From an uncultured Armatimonadetes bacterium (lineage in GTDB: Bacteria > Armatimonadota > Hebobacteria > Hebobacterales > Hebobacteraceae): a stretch of 64,000 nucleotides of DNA. Positions 27,246 through 36,974 of the stretch are shown here, piece after piece (the stretch's first letter is position 1; each line of letters starts with the position of its first letter). The stretch lies in NCBI GenBank assembly GCA_963716175.1, contig OY970296.1, positions 1,152,001-1,216,000 on the forward strand, read 5' to 3'. The notes beneath the pieces were generated by a model that made no database searches, was not told where the DNA came from, and saw only the letters and a list, made by a program, of their open reading frames with translations. The position numbers and the translations under genes were made by a program.

Positions 27246-27509
27246 TGTCCGCAGATTGCGCAGACTTGTCCACCAGAAGCGGACAAGTCCGCCTCTGGTG
27301 GCTTGGCGGAGATGTGATGGCGAGAGAAGGGCGGCGGGCATGCCCTTCGACTGCACTCAGGGTAAACTCCGACATGCCCGCCCTACAGCGCGGTTTGTCG
27401 CTCGCGATGCTCGCGACAAACCTGCGCCACTGCTGACCGCTGCGGTTGTGACAGACCCGCGCCGCTGTTGGGCGCCCGGAGATGCCTCCAGGCTGGGAGC
27501 CTGGGCTAC
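27246..27509. repeat. Mosaic cluster of palindromic repeats
   Basis: CCGCAGATTGCGCAGA; GTAG-REP 27333-27386 with CCTTCGACTGCACTCAGGGTAAACT in its loop; GGTTTGTCGC/GCGACAAACC; GTAGCCCAGGCTCCCAGCCTGG on minus. Confidence 0.65.
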
Positions 27510-27518
27510 CGGCCAGAG

Positions 27519-28364
27519 CTACTCGCCTTCGTCCACGGCGCGGCGGATCATCTCCGCGCGAAGCCGATCCATTTCGGCCTGGTCTCCGCGGGCGGAGGCC
27601 TGGTCGAATCTCTCCTCCAACGAGATCAGGAGGTCCTTGTCTCGGCGCAGCAGTTCCACCAGGGCCGCGACGTGCTGGCGCATGTGGGTCGGGAGCTGCT
27701 GGTTATCGCCCTCGTCTGCCGCGTACTGCGCGGCCTGCTCCTGGCCGAACTGCTCGATGCTGCGCTGGCAGCGATAGAGTTCGGTGGCGGCATGCTCGGG
27801 CAGGTCGTGCTCCAGGTCCCAGAGGGCCTGCGCCACCGCCCGGTCGCGCTCGATCCAGGGCCACCACTTGAGGTAGCTCCACTTGGAGGCCTCGCTCGCG
27901 TTGCAGCGGGCGATCAGGTTCCAGATGCCAAGGTTGTGCTCGGCGTCCTCCCGCGCCTGATAGTAGTCCCCCAGCAGGAAGTCGAAGCAGCGGCGGACGT
28001 AATACTGCCACGATTCCTCGCGCAGCGCGGCCAGCTCATCTTCGCTCAGCGCCAGGCTCTCTCCGGGGCGGGCGCGGAGATGGAAGTCCACCAGGGATTC
28101 CTCTCCGTAGGGATGCTCACCGTCGGGCCGGCCGGTGCGCTCGTACTCGCGGGTGAGCAGGGCCTGGCCTCGCACCTCCCCCGTGGTGGAGATGATGGTG
28201 CAGGCCTCGATGAAGGCGATGCGCTCGCGCCCGAAGCGCTCCACCTTGTCTATCAGCAGATAGCGGGGATCGCGATAGAGGCGCTGGAGAAAAACGCTGA
28301 CACTGGGCGGCAGTGTCTCGGCGCTCTGCTCCTCCGGCTCATCCGCGGGTAGGTCGGACATCAT
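27519..28364 (-). CDS. Hypothetical protein with C-terminal UVR-like helical hairpin (resembles UvrB/UvrC-motif proteins of Planctomycetes)
   Basis: GRPDGEHPYGEESLVDFH...LREESWQYYVR...RED AEHNL; C-terminal LEERFDQASARGDQAEMDRLRAE; family link from recall only. Confidence 0.65.
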   Translation of the reverse strand: MMSDLPADEPEEQSAETLPPSVSVFLQRLYRDPRYLLIDKVERFGRERIAFIEACTIISTTGEVRGQALLTREYERTGRPDGEHPYGEESLVDFHLRARPGESLALSEDELAALREESWQYYVRRCFDFLLGDYYQAREDAEHNLGIWNLIARCNASEASKWSYLKWWPWIERDRAVAQALWDLEHDLPEHAATELYRCQRSIEQFGQEQAAQYAADEGDNQQLPTHMRQHVAALVELLRRDKDLLISLEERFDQASARGDQAEMDRLRAEMIRRAVDEGE

Positions 28365-28502
28365 ATGCGGGCACTTCGGCGCGCCGCGGAGTTTCCCTCT
28401 GGAATCGGAATCAAAAGCGCGCACACGAGTTGGAAGGCGGTTGCCTTGACCCGGTCGGGTGGAGGTGCTATCTTCAGTCCACTTTCGCGCCTGGAGAAAG
28501 CG

Positions 28503-31500
28503 ATGATCCGAGGTTTGCGTCTGGGTGGGGCGCTGGCACTGCTGCTGCTGACCGCGCAAGCAGCTCGCTGCCAGCACGCTGCTACTCCGCGAAGTAGCGA
28601 TGCTACTTCGCTACGAAGCACGAGGCGCAATATCTGCCCCCTGCGGGAGGTGCGGGCGGGCCAGCGCGCGGTGGGAAAATCGGTGTTCCGGGGGACCAAG
28701 ATCGAGTCCTTCCATATCGAGATCGTGGGAGTGCTGCACAAGTTCGACGGCACGCGCAACCTGATCCTGGGGCGGGTGCTCGATGGGCCCGTGGTGGCGC
28801 GCAAGAGCGGCATCATCGCCGGGATGAGTGGCAGCCCGGTCTACATCAAGGGCCGACTGGCGGGCGCAATCGCCCTTGCCTGGTCGTTCAGCAAGGAGCC
28901 GATCGCTGGCATCACGCCGATCGAGGAGATGCTGGAGGCGTGGCAGCCGAAGCCCAGCCCAGAGCCTGCAGCCGCCGGCTCCGGCCAGCGGCTGGCTCAT
29001 CCGCTGCGGGTGGGCGGCAAGGTGATCGAGCGGGTGCGGGTGGCGCCCAAACCGGGGCAGCCAGACCTGCCCGGAGTGATGACACTGACCCCGGTAGGGG
29101 GGTACATCCAGGCCTCCGGATTCAGTCAGCGCGCGGTGGAGCAGCTCTCCGAGCTGCTGGCGCCCTACGGCCTGAAGGTGCTTCAGGGGCCGGGCGGCGG
29201 GATGGAGCACCTGCGGCCGCCGGTGGTGCCAGGCGCGGCGGTGGGGGCGCAGATTGTGGGCGGAGACTTCGATATCACCGGCCTGGGCACCATCACGCTG
29301 GTGGAGGGCAACCGGGTGCTGGCCTTCGGGCACCCCATGTTCCAGCTCGGAGACGTGGATCTGCCCATGACGGGGGGCTATGTCTACGACATCATGCCCA
29401 GCCTGCTGATCTCCAACAAGATCATGTCGGCCACCCAGGTGGTGGGGCGGGTGTCGCGGGACATGCAGACCGCGATCGCGGGCGAAGTGGGGAAGAGACC
29501 AGACCCGCTGGCATTGACGGTGGAGGTGACGGACCGGGACCTGGGGAAGACGCGGCGATTCCAGCTCACGGTGGCGCGCATCCGGGAGCTGCTCCCGGCC
29601 TTGACTGCTTTCTCCGTGATGAATGCGGTGGACGAGACCCGGGGCCGGGTAGCGCGAGGGACGGCGCGGGTGGTGACCGAGATCGAGGCGGAGGGACGTC
29701 CGCCCATGCGCCGGGAGGAATTCGGCTACAGTGAGGGGGACGCGGCGATGGCCGTGTTGCCCGCCCTGCTGAGGCCCCTGGCGGTGCTCACCGATAGTCC
29801 CTTCGGCAAACTGCGGCTGCGGCGAGTGCGGGTGCGGGTGGAGACAGAGGACGAGCGCAGGACGGCCACCATCGAGCGGGCGGCCGTTCCCCAGTCCAGG
29901 TTCAAGGCCGGCGATGAGGTGACAGTGGCGGTGACGCTGCGGCCCTATGGGGCCGACCTGGTGGAGGTACCGGTGCGGTTCAAGCTCCCGGCCGACCTGC
30001 CGCGAGGCCAGGTGCGCCTGGCGATCTCGGGCGGGGGAGAAGCCGAGGAGGCGCGGGGCGCCATCGGCGCGCCCCGGCCCGCGCCAGTATCGCTGTCGCA
30101 ACTGATCGAACGCTATCTGACGCAAGACCGCCGACAGGACCTGGTGGTGCAGGCCGGGGTGGCGCGGACAGGGGCCTCGCTGCTGGGCGAGGAGCTGCCC
30201 GATTTCCCCCTGGAGGCGGTGGAGGCGCTGCGCGCCAGCCACCTCACCGATCTCCGGCCCGCCGCCTCGGTGCTGAAGGTGGTCACTCCAACCCAGTGGG
30301 CTCTGTCCGGGCGACTGATGGTGAGTCTGGTCGTGGAGAGCCCGCTGGCGCCAGCCGGGCCGCCGACTCCGCAGCGGCCGCGGCCTCAGCCGCAGCCCCC
30401 GGCCGGCGGCCCCGAGGAGGAAGAGCCGGGCCCCGAGGAGCAGGGCGGCGATTGGTATGATGGTGGCAGGGCGACGATGGCGGGCCCGGGGCCTGACCTG
30501 CTGCTTGGGGCGGGCGCGAGGCCAGGCCGGGGGAAGCCGGAGCCGCAGCCAGCGGCGAAGAAGGAGCAAGAGGCGAAGCCTCTGACCCGCGCGCCCCAGG
30601 CTTGGGTGCAGCAGGAGGGCTCTGACTACGCCAAGGCCAGGCTGACGGAGGTGGCGGTGGGTGAGGATGGGCGCGTCTCGCTGGGGCCTAGCCGCACCGA
30701 CCTGGCGCAGTTGCCAGTGGATGTGATCTGGGGGCTGGCGATCCGGGCTGGAGTGGCGTTCGCTGGGACCGGCAGCGCCGGGCTGGTCTACAAAGTCTCC
30801 GAGGAGGGCGAAGCCTCGCCCTTCTTCGCCACCGGCGAGCTCCACGTCCACGCCCTGGCCTTTGACCCGGAGGGCAATCTGTACGCTGCCACCTCCCCGC
30901 GGGGCAAGCTCTTTCGCATCGCCCCGGACGGGAAGGGCGAACTCTGGTATCAGGCGGATGGCAAGTACCTGTGGTGCCTGACGGTGGGGCCAGACGGGAC
31001 CATCTATGCCGGGGCCGGCACGCCGGCGCGCATCTACGCTATCGGCCGGGACGGCAAAGGCAAGATGCTGGCCGAGCTGCCGACCAGCAATGTGCTCTCT
31101 CTGGCGCGGACCGCCGACGGCAACCTGTACGCAGGCACCTCTGACGGCGGAGTGGTCTACCGGGTGCGACCGGATGGCACGGCGAGCGCGGTGTGCCAGC
31201 TCCCGGGGGCGGAGGTGGCAGCCCTGGCGCTGGATGCCAAGGGGAACCTGTACGCGTCGGCCTCCCCCAGCGGTGATATCTACCTGGTGCCCGCCGACGG
31301 ACTGCCTTCGCTCTACTGCGAGACCGACGAGAAATGCATCTATGGTCTGGGCCTGCTGCCGGGGGGCGAACTGGCCGCGGCCACAGGGCCGAGTGGACTT
31401 CTCCTCCGGGTGGGCCCGAACCGCAGGCCGGAGACCCTGTTCAAGCCCGAGGCCGGGGTGGCAACCGCGCTGGCCGTGGCCGACGGGAGGATCTACCTGG

Positions 31501-32465
31501 GAAGCGCGGGGCCGGCGGCGCTGCGCAGATTTGGGCCCGACCACGCCAGCTCGGGGACGCTGGAGTCGCCGGTGCTGGACGTGGAGCGAGTGGCGCAATG
31601 GGGTCGCCTGGAGTTGACCGCGGAGACGCCGAGCGGAACCGCACTGGCGGCCGAGACCCGCTCGGGCGACGCGCCCATCCCGGAGGATCACTGGAGCGCG
31701 TGGGCGCCGGTCCGGGACGGAGATGTCCTCAGCCCGCCGGCGAACCACCTGCAATACCGGCTGCTGCTGTCCACCAACGACCCGCAGCTCACCCCGACCG
31801 TGCGGCAGGTGCGGCTGGGCTACCAGCCGTCAAACCGGGCCCCGATGGTGGCGCTGAAAGCCCCCTCCCCGGGGGAGGCGGTGGCGAAGAAGTACACCAT
31901 CAAATGGGAGGGGCAAGACCCGGACAAGGATACGCTGACCTACGATGTGGCGATGTCCCGGGACCTGGGCGCGAGCTGGTATGACCTCAAGCAGGGGATC
32001 ACCGAGACCAAGTACGAGTGGGACACCAGTCCAACCTCAGATGGGCGCTGCTTGCTGCGGGTGATCGCGAGCGACCGGCAGAGCGAGCCGGGCGATCCCG
32101 AGCAGGACCAGGCCACGGTCGTGATGTGGGTGGATAACACGGCCCCCGAGATGCTGCTGTTCCGGAGCTCTGTGGCGGTGCAAGAAGACCGGCGGGTGCG
32201 GGTGAAGGGAGTGGCCACAGATAAGCTCTCGGCCATTCGGAGTGTGGAGTACCGGGTGGATAGTGAGGACTGGCGCTCGCTGCCGCTGGCGGCGGTGGAT
32301 GATCTGGCCAGCGACTTCACCATCATCACCGATCCCCTGTCAGCCGGCAAGCACACCATCGAGGCGAGGGCCTTCGACGCCGCGGGCAATGTGGGCACCG
32401 ACAAGGTGGAGGCGGAGGTGAAAGAACCCGCGAAGCCAGCCGAGAAGCCGGGGGAGAAGAAGTAA
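28503..32465 (+). CDS. Secreted SpoIVB/S55 peptidase fused to beta-propeller and Ig/FN3-like domains
   Basis: GGAG SD then ATG 28503, signal peptide, GIIAGMSGSPVY, AFGHP, repeated ALAxDxxGNLYA blades, C-terminal VDNTAP..GKHTIEARAFDAAGN. Confidence 0.85.
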   Translation: MIRGLRLGGALALLLLTAQAARCQHAATPRSSDATSLRSTRRNICPLREVRAGQRAVGKSVFRGTKIESFHIEIVGVLHKFDGTRNLILGRVLDGPVVARKSGIIAGMSGSPVYIKGRLAGAIALAWSFSKEPIAGITPIEEMLEAWQPKPSPEPAAAGSGQRLAHPLRVGGKVIERVRVAPKPGQPDLPGVMTLTPVGGYIQASGFSQRAVEQLSELLAPYGLKVLQGPGGGMEHLRPPVVPGAAVGAQIVGGDFDITGLGTITLVEGNRVLAFGHPMFQLGDVDLPMTGGYVYDIMPSLLISNKIMSATQVVGRVSRDMQTAIAGEVGKRPDPLALTVEVTDRDLGKTRRFQLTVARIRELLPALTAFSVMNAVDETRGRVARGTARVVTEIEAEGRPPMRREEFGYSEGDAAMAVLPALLRPLAVLTDSPFGKLRLRRVRVRVETEDERRTATIERAAVPQSRFKAGDEVTVAVTLRPYGADLVEVPVRFKLPADLPRGQVRLAISGGGEAEEARGAIGAPRPAPVSLSQLIERYLTQDRRQDLVVQAGVARTGASLLGEELPDFPLEAVEALRASHLTDLRPAASVLKVVTPTQWALSGRLMVSLVVESPLAPAGPPTPQRPRPQPQPPAGGPEEEEPGPEEQGGDWYDGGRATMAGPGPDLLLGAGARPGRGKPEPQPAAKKEQEAKPLTRAPQAWVQQEGSDYAKARLTEVAVGEDGRVSLGPSRTDLAQLPVDVIWGLAIRAGVAFAGTGSAGLVYKVSEEGEASPFFATGELHVHALAFDPEGNLYAATSPRGKLFRIAPDGKGELWYQADGKYLWCLTVGPDGTIYAGAGTPARIYAIGRDGKGKMLAELPTSNVLSLARTADGNLYAGTSDGGVVYRVRPDGTASAVCQLPGAEVAALALDAKGNLYASASPSGDIYLVPADGLPSLYCETDEKCIYGLGLLPGGELAAATGPSGLLLRVGPNRRPETLFKPEAGVATALAVADGRIYLGSAGPAALRRFGPDHASSGTLESPVLDVERVAQWGRLELTAETPSGTALAAETRSGDAPIPEDHWSAWAPVRDGDVLSPPANHLQYRLLLSTNDPQLTPTVRQVRLGYQPSNRAPMVALKAPSPGEAVAKKYTIKWEGQDPDKDTLTYDVAMSRDLGASWYDLKQGITETKYEWDTSPTSDGRCLLRVIASDRQSEPGDPEQDQATVVMWVDNTAPEMLLFRSSVAVQEDRRVRVKGVATDKLSAIRSVEYRVDSEDWRSLPLAAVDDLASDFTIITDPLSAGKHTIEARAFDAAGNVGTDKVEAEVKEPAKPAEKPGEKK
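28579..28624 (+). repeat. 46-bp palindromic repeat inside coding sequence
   Basis: 42/46 identical to the reverse complement of 40467-40512. Confidence 0.75.
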
Positions 32466-32477
32466 TGGAGGCCGGGT

Positions 32478-33335
32478 CTGTACCTGATCTACGTTGACGA
32501 AAGCGGGAACACGGGGGCGAGGCTCGACGACCGACAGCAGCCTGTGCACTTTCTGGCGGCCGTGTTTGTCTCAGAAGAGGCGTGGCTTAACGGCTACGAA
32601 TACTGGCGTAATCAAGTCTTGGGGCTGACCCGGGACCTGGCCGCGGAGGCCGGCATGGCCCCCCCGCCAGAACTGCATGCGGCGGATGTCTACCACGGCA
32701 CTCGCCACTTCCGCGGGATGCCGCGGCAAGCGCGCGAGCAAATCATCCGCGCTGCGCTGAGCACGCTCCAGCACTATCGCCTCGACGTCATCTACTCGGC
32801 TTGCCACAAGAAGCGACTGGCCTCGCAGGACTGGCAAGGTCAGGTCGAGAGGCGATGGCTCGTGGAACGGTTTCTGTATCCGGGACAGATAGGGCGGCCT
32901 GCCGAGCCCTTGCAGCCAGAACTCCCAGGCGCGCTCACCTGGAGCCTATTACTCCCCGGATGCAGTGCGCACCTCGCGGGGGTGGCAGCGGGAGGTCCGG
33001 CTCACGGCTTGCTCATAGCTGACCGGAGTAAGTTGCAGGATTATGCGCGGCGGAGCGTGAGAGCTACCGAGCTGATTTCGCTGGTGGACCACCCCGGGCC
33101 GCTTTCGGAGGACGAGGTACTTGAGGATCAGGTCTTCCTGAACCTGCTGGATACGGTGCACTTCGTTGACTCACATGAGTCCCCATACATCCAACTCGCT
33201 GATTTCGTTGCCTACTTCATCATGCGGGCCTGGCGGGCCGGGACCTGGGAGGCACCAGGGCCGGAAGCCCACTACGACGAGTTAGTGCGCCCGGCGATTC
33301 GCCGGGCGTATCACTACCCTCCAAGAAAGAAATGA
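32478..33335 (+). CDS. DUF3800 family protein (predicted RNase H-like nuclease fold)
   Basis: In-frame extension to CTG 32478 behind GGAGG gives (M)YLIYVDESG; ELHA; C-terminal FVDSHESPYIQLADFVAY. Confidence 0.85.
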   Translation: MYLIYVDESGNTGARLDDRQQPVHFLAAVFVSEEAWLNGYEYWRNQVLGLTRDLAAEAGMAPPPELHAADVYHGTRHFRGMPRQAREQIIRAALSTLQHYRLDVIYSACHKKRLASQDWQGQVERRWLVERFLYPGQIGRPAEPLQPELPGALTWSLLLPGCSAHLAGVAAGGPAHGLLIADRSKLQDYARRSVRATELISLVDHPGPLSEDEVLEDQVFLNLLDTVHFVDSHESPYIQLADFVAYFIMRAWRAGTWEAPGPEAHYDELVRPAIRRAYHYPPRKK

Positions 33336-33392
33336 CGGCTGAGGAGCTTTCGCTCCGGAGTCGCCTTGGGGGCGGCCCGCTCTCAGTCGTCA
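33323..33392 (-). ncRNA. Putative DUF3800-associated structured small RNA (three-way junction)
   Basis: 11-bp closing stem 33333-33343/33382-33392, two inner hairpins (one with a GAAA tetraloop on minus), U-rich tail, own promoter; strand inferred. Confidence 0.6.
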
Positions 33393-33397
33393 ATGGT

Positions 33398-33426
33398 AGT
33401 ATACCACGAACACGGCCGCTTGTGAA
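33398..33426 (-). promoter_or_regulatory. sigma70-type promoter firing into the structured RNA
   Basis: TTCACA-17 bp-TATACT with TGG extended -10; no minus-strand gene follows. Confidence 0.65.
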
Positions 33427-33531
33427 CGCGGCACACACCACGCGCCAAGCTCATTGCACTATCTCGCGATGTCTGATGCCAGGCCGTGAGCTCGGCACGC
33501 GAACTCGCGTCGGGTGCAAGACACGCCTCGC

Positions 33532-34266
33532 CTACCCTCTGGGGCCGCGGTGGCGGCCGCGGAAGCCGCGCAGGCGGTGGGCCAGCCAATGAGGCCGGGC
33601 GGGCGAGGGGCGCGGCTGGCGATCGAGCCGGACGTAGATGTCGCGAGCGGTCTCGGCATCCACCGCCACCTGGGTCTGGCCCAGATCGAAGACAAAAGAG
33701 GGGAAGCGCTGCCTCAGGCTCACCGGCGCGCCGGGCAGCGCGCCCATGGTGAGCAGGCGCTGCAGCAGGTCGCGCCGCTGGGCCTGGAGGTAGGCGATAA
33801 CGCCGGCCTGCCCGGGTTCGAGGTCGGCCAGCGAGGAGACGATCTTGCCGGTGGCGTCGGCCCCGGCGCGGCAGCAGGCCCCGGGTGGGATGGGGCTGCC
33901 GTGAGGGCAGACGCGGGGGTGGCCCAGCAAGGTGCAGATCCGGTCGTCAATCCCCCGTCGCAGCAGGTGCTCGAAGCGGCACGCCGCCTCCGTGGCGAGG
34001 TCCTCGCCGACCGCGAGCACATCGTGGAGCAAGCGCTCGGCCAGCCGCTCCCGGCGGATGACGCCGGCCGCCTCTACCTCCCCCGCGGGCGTCAGGGAGA
34101 CGGCGCCTTCCTCCTCGGCTACTAGCCCTGCCTCCTGCAGCTCTGCGAGGGCCGAGGCCCCCTGTGCCAACGCCGGGCGCGCCAGAGTGTCCGCGCCCTC
34201 CTCTCGCGCCGACCAGAGGGCAGCGAGGATTTCCTCCGCGGGTTCGCTCAGTTCTAACTCGGGCAT
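33532..34266 (-). CDS. DtxR/MntR-family protein with C-terminal FeoA domain
   Basis: ATG 34266 overlaps the feoB stop; RRERLAERLL, ACRFEH, CPHGSPIP, FeoA-like RLLTMGALPG. Confidence 0.85.
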   Translation of the reverse strand: MPELELSEPAEEILAALWSAREEGADTLARPALAQGASALAELQEAGLVAEEEGAVSLTPAGEVEAAGVIRRERLAERLLHDVLAVGEDLATEAACRFEHLLRRGIDDRICTLLGHPRVCPHGSPIPPGACCRAGADATGKIVSSLADLEPGQAGVIAYLQAQRRDLLQRLLTMGALPGAPVSLRQRFPSFVFDLGQTQVAVDAETARDIYVRLDRQPRPSPARPHWLAHRLRGFRGRHRGPRG

Positions 34267-36295
34267 CAGATCCGCACTCTCAAGCTGACCAGAGCGAGGT
34301 TGAGCAGGTAGCCCACACTCAGGGCCAGGGGCAGGATGATGGCCCCGACGGCGAGGGCGGCCCGCAGGCCGCGTTCCTTCTGCATCACCACGAACTGCGC
34401 GATGCAGGGGATGAAGAGGGTGAGGGTGACCATGGCCACCACCAGGGGAACACCCGAGACCGCCCCGGTGGAGTGGACGTCGAAGATGCGCGCCGCGCCG
34501 TAGTCGCGGCGGAAGAAGCCGAAGAGAAAGGCGTCGGCCGCGGCGTCCGGCAGGCCGAGAGCATGCACCACCGGGCGAAGCGCGGCGATCGCGAGCGGGA
34601 AGAGGTGGAGCAGTTCGCCGGCCCAGATCAGGACGCTGGCGAGCAGGAAGAGAGGGATCACCTCGGCCGCGTACCAGCGCAATCGGGCCAGGGTCTTGGC
34701 GGCGACGTTTCGCAGCGAGGGCATCCGCATAGGCGGGATCTCGAGGTAGAAACGAGCGGCCTCCCCCGGCACCACGCGGGAGGCCAAGAAGCCGGATAGC
34801 AGCAGGACCGCCATCACCACGCCAGCCCAGATCAGCAGGCCCAGGGGATGGTCGGAGAGCAGGCCCAGGATGACGCCAAGCTGGGCCGAACAGGGGATGG
34901 CGAGGGCGAGCAAGAAGGTGGCGATGAGGCGCTCCCGGCGGGTCGCGAGGACCCGGGTCACCAGGGTGGCCATGGTGTCGCAGCCCAGCCCCAGCACCAT
35001 GGGGATGACGGCCCGGCCCAGAGGCCGATGCGCTTGAAGATGCGATCCACCAGCAGCGCGAGCCGGGGCAGATAGCCGCTGTCCTCGAGCAACGCGAACA
35101 TGAGGAAGAAAAGGCCCACCAGGGGGAGCACCACGGCGATGGCATAGCGTACCCCGAGCGTGAGCACTCCGTAGTCGCCCACCAGCAGGTGAGACCAGGT
35201 GGGCCAGGGCAGCAGCCGCTGGACGAACGCGGTCAGGGCTGGATTGAGCTGCTGGCGGAAGAGCTGCTTATCCAGCAGGTCCACCACCACTCCTGCCCCG
35301 AGCCGACCGACCACCAGGTAGATGGCATAGAGCGCCACCGCCAGCACGAGGAGGCCGGCGATGGGATGCACCGCGAGCCGACCCAGCAGCTCGGCGAAGG
35401 CAGGGCGAAGGCGGCCGGCGCTGGTGGTGATAGCCCTGGTCGCAATGCCGTCGGCGGCCCGTTGGCGAGCGACCGCGATGGGAATGGCCAGGGACTGCGG
35501 ATAGCGCGCCTCCGCGTCAGTCACCACGGCCTCTATCTTCGGGAGGACATCGGGCTCGCCCGCGAGCACGCGGGCGCGCGCGGCGGGGTCGCGCTGAAGC
35601 AGCAGCAGGGCAAACCCGCGAGCTGAGATAGGATAGCGCTTGTGGAGCAGGCCGGTGATGGTGGCGACAGCGGCCTCGATGGCCGGGGGATAGGCGACAG
35701 AGAAGCGAGCAGGCGGAGGCAGGGGACCGGCGAGGAGGGCGCGAAGCCGGTCCAGGCCCAGGCCGTTGGCGGCGGCGGTGGTCACCACGGGCAGTCCCAG
35801 GGCGCGAGCCAGCACACCTTCCTGCACTCCCAGGCCGGCGCGGGCGGCCTCGTCTATGATGTTGACGTCGAGCGCCACTGGTAGCCCGGCCTCCATGAGC
35901 TGGAGAGTCAAGGGCAGCATGCGCCGGAGGTGTCGCGCCTCCACCACGTGGAGCACGAGATTGGGGGACTCATCGAGGAGCAGGCTCTGGGCCACCTGCT
36001 CGTCCTCGGAGAGAGGAGCCAGCGAGTAGGCGCCAGGGCTGTCGAGCACCTGGAGCAGTATGTCCCCGATACGGGCGCGGCCGCGGGTGACCTCGACCGT
36101 GGTGCCAGGGTAGTTGGAGACCACCGCATAGGAGCCAGTGAGCTGGTTGAAGAGCATGCTTTTCCCGACGTTGGGCGAGCCGAAAAGGGTGAGCTTTCGC
36201 TGGACCAGCGCCGGGACGAGGGGGCAGGTGTCACAGCCGCACCCGCGCCGGCCGGCGAGGAGACCGCGGACGAATCCCAGGGCGCGGGCGGTCAT
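34266..36295 (-). CDS. feoB: Ferrous iron transporter B; -1 frameshift near 35020
   Basis: G1 GSPNVGKS, NYPGTTVE, DSPG, LEDSGYLPRLA, LGLGC, IPCSAQ, LFIPCIA. Confidence 0.9.
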
Positions 36296-36296
36296 C

Positions 36297-36962
36297 TCAG
36301 GCTCTCCGCTCCGCGGCCTGCACCCGAACGGTGGCAGCGAGGCCCACGCCGAGAGTATGGGTCTGGCCGCCCGCGGTGAGGACAACCGTGCCGGCGGCGG
36401 GCCTGCGCATCGTGATCTGGACGCGGGTGCCCGGGAGCAGATCGCGCTCAGCCAGGTAGCGGACCACCTCCGGAGATTCATCCTCCAGCCGCGAGATGAT
36501 CAGGTGTCGCCTGAGCGGAGCATCCAGCAGCGACACGGTGCGATCGCGGGCAGCGAGGTTGATGGGGTGGCCGTGGGGACAGGAGCTGGGCGCGCCAAGG
36601 GCGTCAGCGATGCGCGTCTCCAGGTCGGGAGAAACCACGTGCTCGAGGCGGCAGGCATGGTCGTGCGCCTGGTCGAGTGGCACCTTGAGCAGGTCGGTGA
36701 GCAGCCGTTCGGCGAGCCGGTGGCGGCGGATCAACTGATAGGCGAGACGCCGGCCCTGCTCGGTGAAGGCGATGTCGTGATAGCGCCGGTAGGTGATCAG
36801 CCCCAGAGCGGCCAGCCGCCGCAGCATCCCGGTGACGGAAGCGGGCTTGACCGCAAGCTGGCGGGCGAGGCCCATGGTGGACACACCACCGGGCCGGCGG
36901 CTGAGGCGATGAATCGCCTCCAGGTACTCCTCCACATGGGAGGATAGAGCTGGTGTAGTCAC
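36297..36962 (-). CDS. DtxR/IdeR/MntR-family metal-dependent repressor
   Basis: EEYLEAI..LAVKPASVTGML..RRHRLAERLL..ACRLEH..CPHGHPI, FeoA-like tail; GGAGG SD. Confidence 0.92.
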   Translation of the reverse strand: MTTPALSSHVEEYLEAIHRLSRRPGGVSTMGLARQLAVKPASVTGMLRRLAALGLITYRRYHDIAFTEQGRRLAYQLIRRHRLAERLLTDLLKVPLDQAHDHACRLEHVVSPDLETRIADALGAPSSCPHGHPINLAARDRTVSLLDAPLRRHLIISRLEDESPEVVRYLAERDLLPGTRVQITMRRPAAGTVVLTAGGQTHTLGVGLAATVRVQAAERRA

Positions 36963-36974
36963 GGCCGCCCTCCT

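Noticed and set aside
28611-31754. 1047-aa antisense ORF and the many other overlapping ORFs in the track
   Set aside because: Shadow frames of high-GC genes with no recognisable motifs
33333-33392. tRNA-like cloverleaf
   Set aside because: Only two inner arms, no T-loop consensus and no 7-nt anticodon loop
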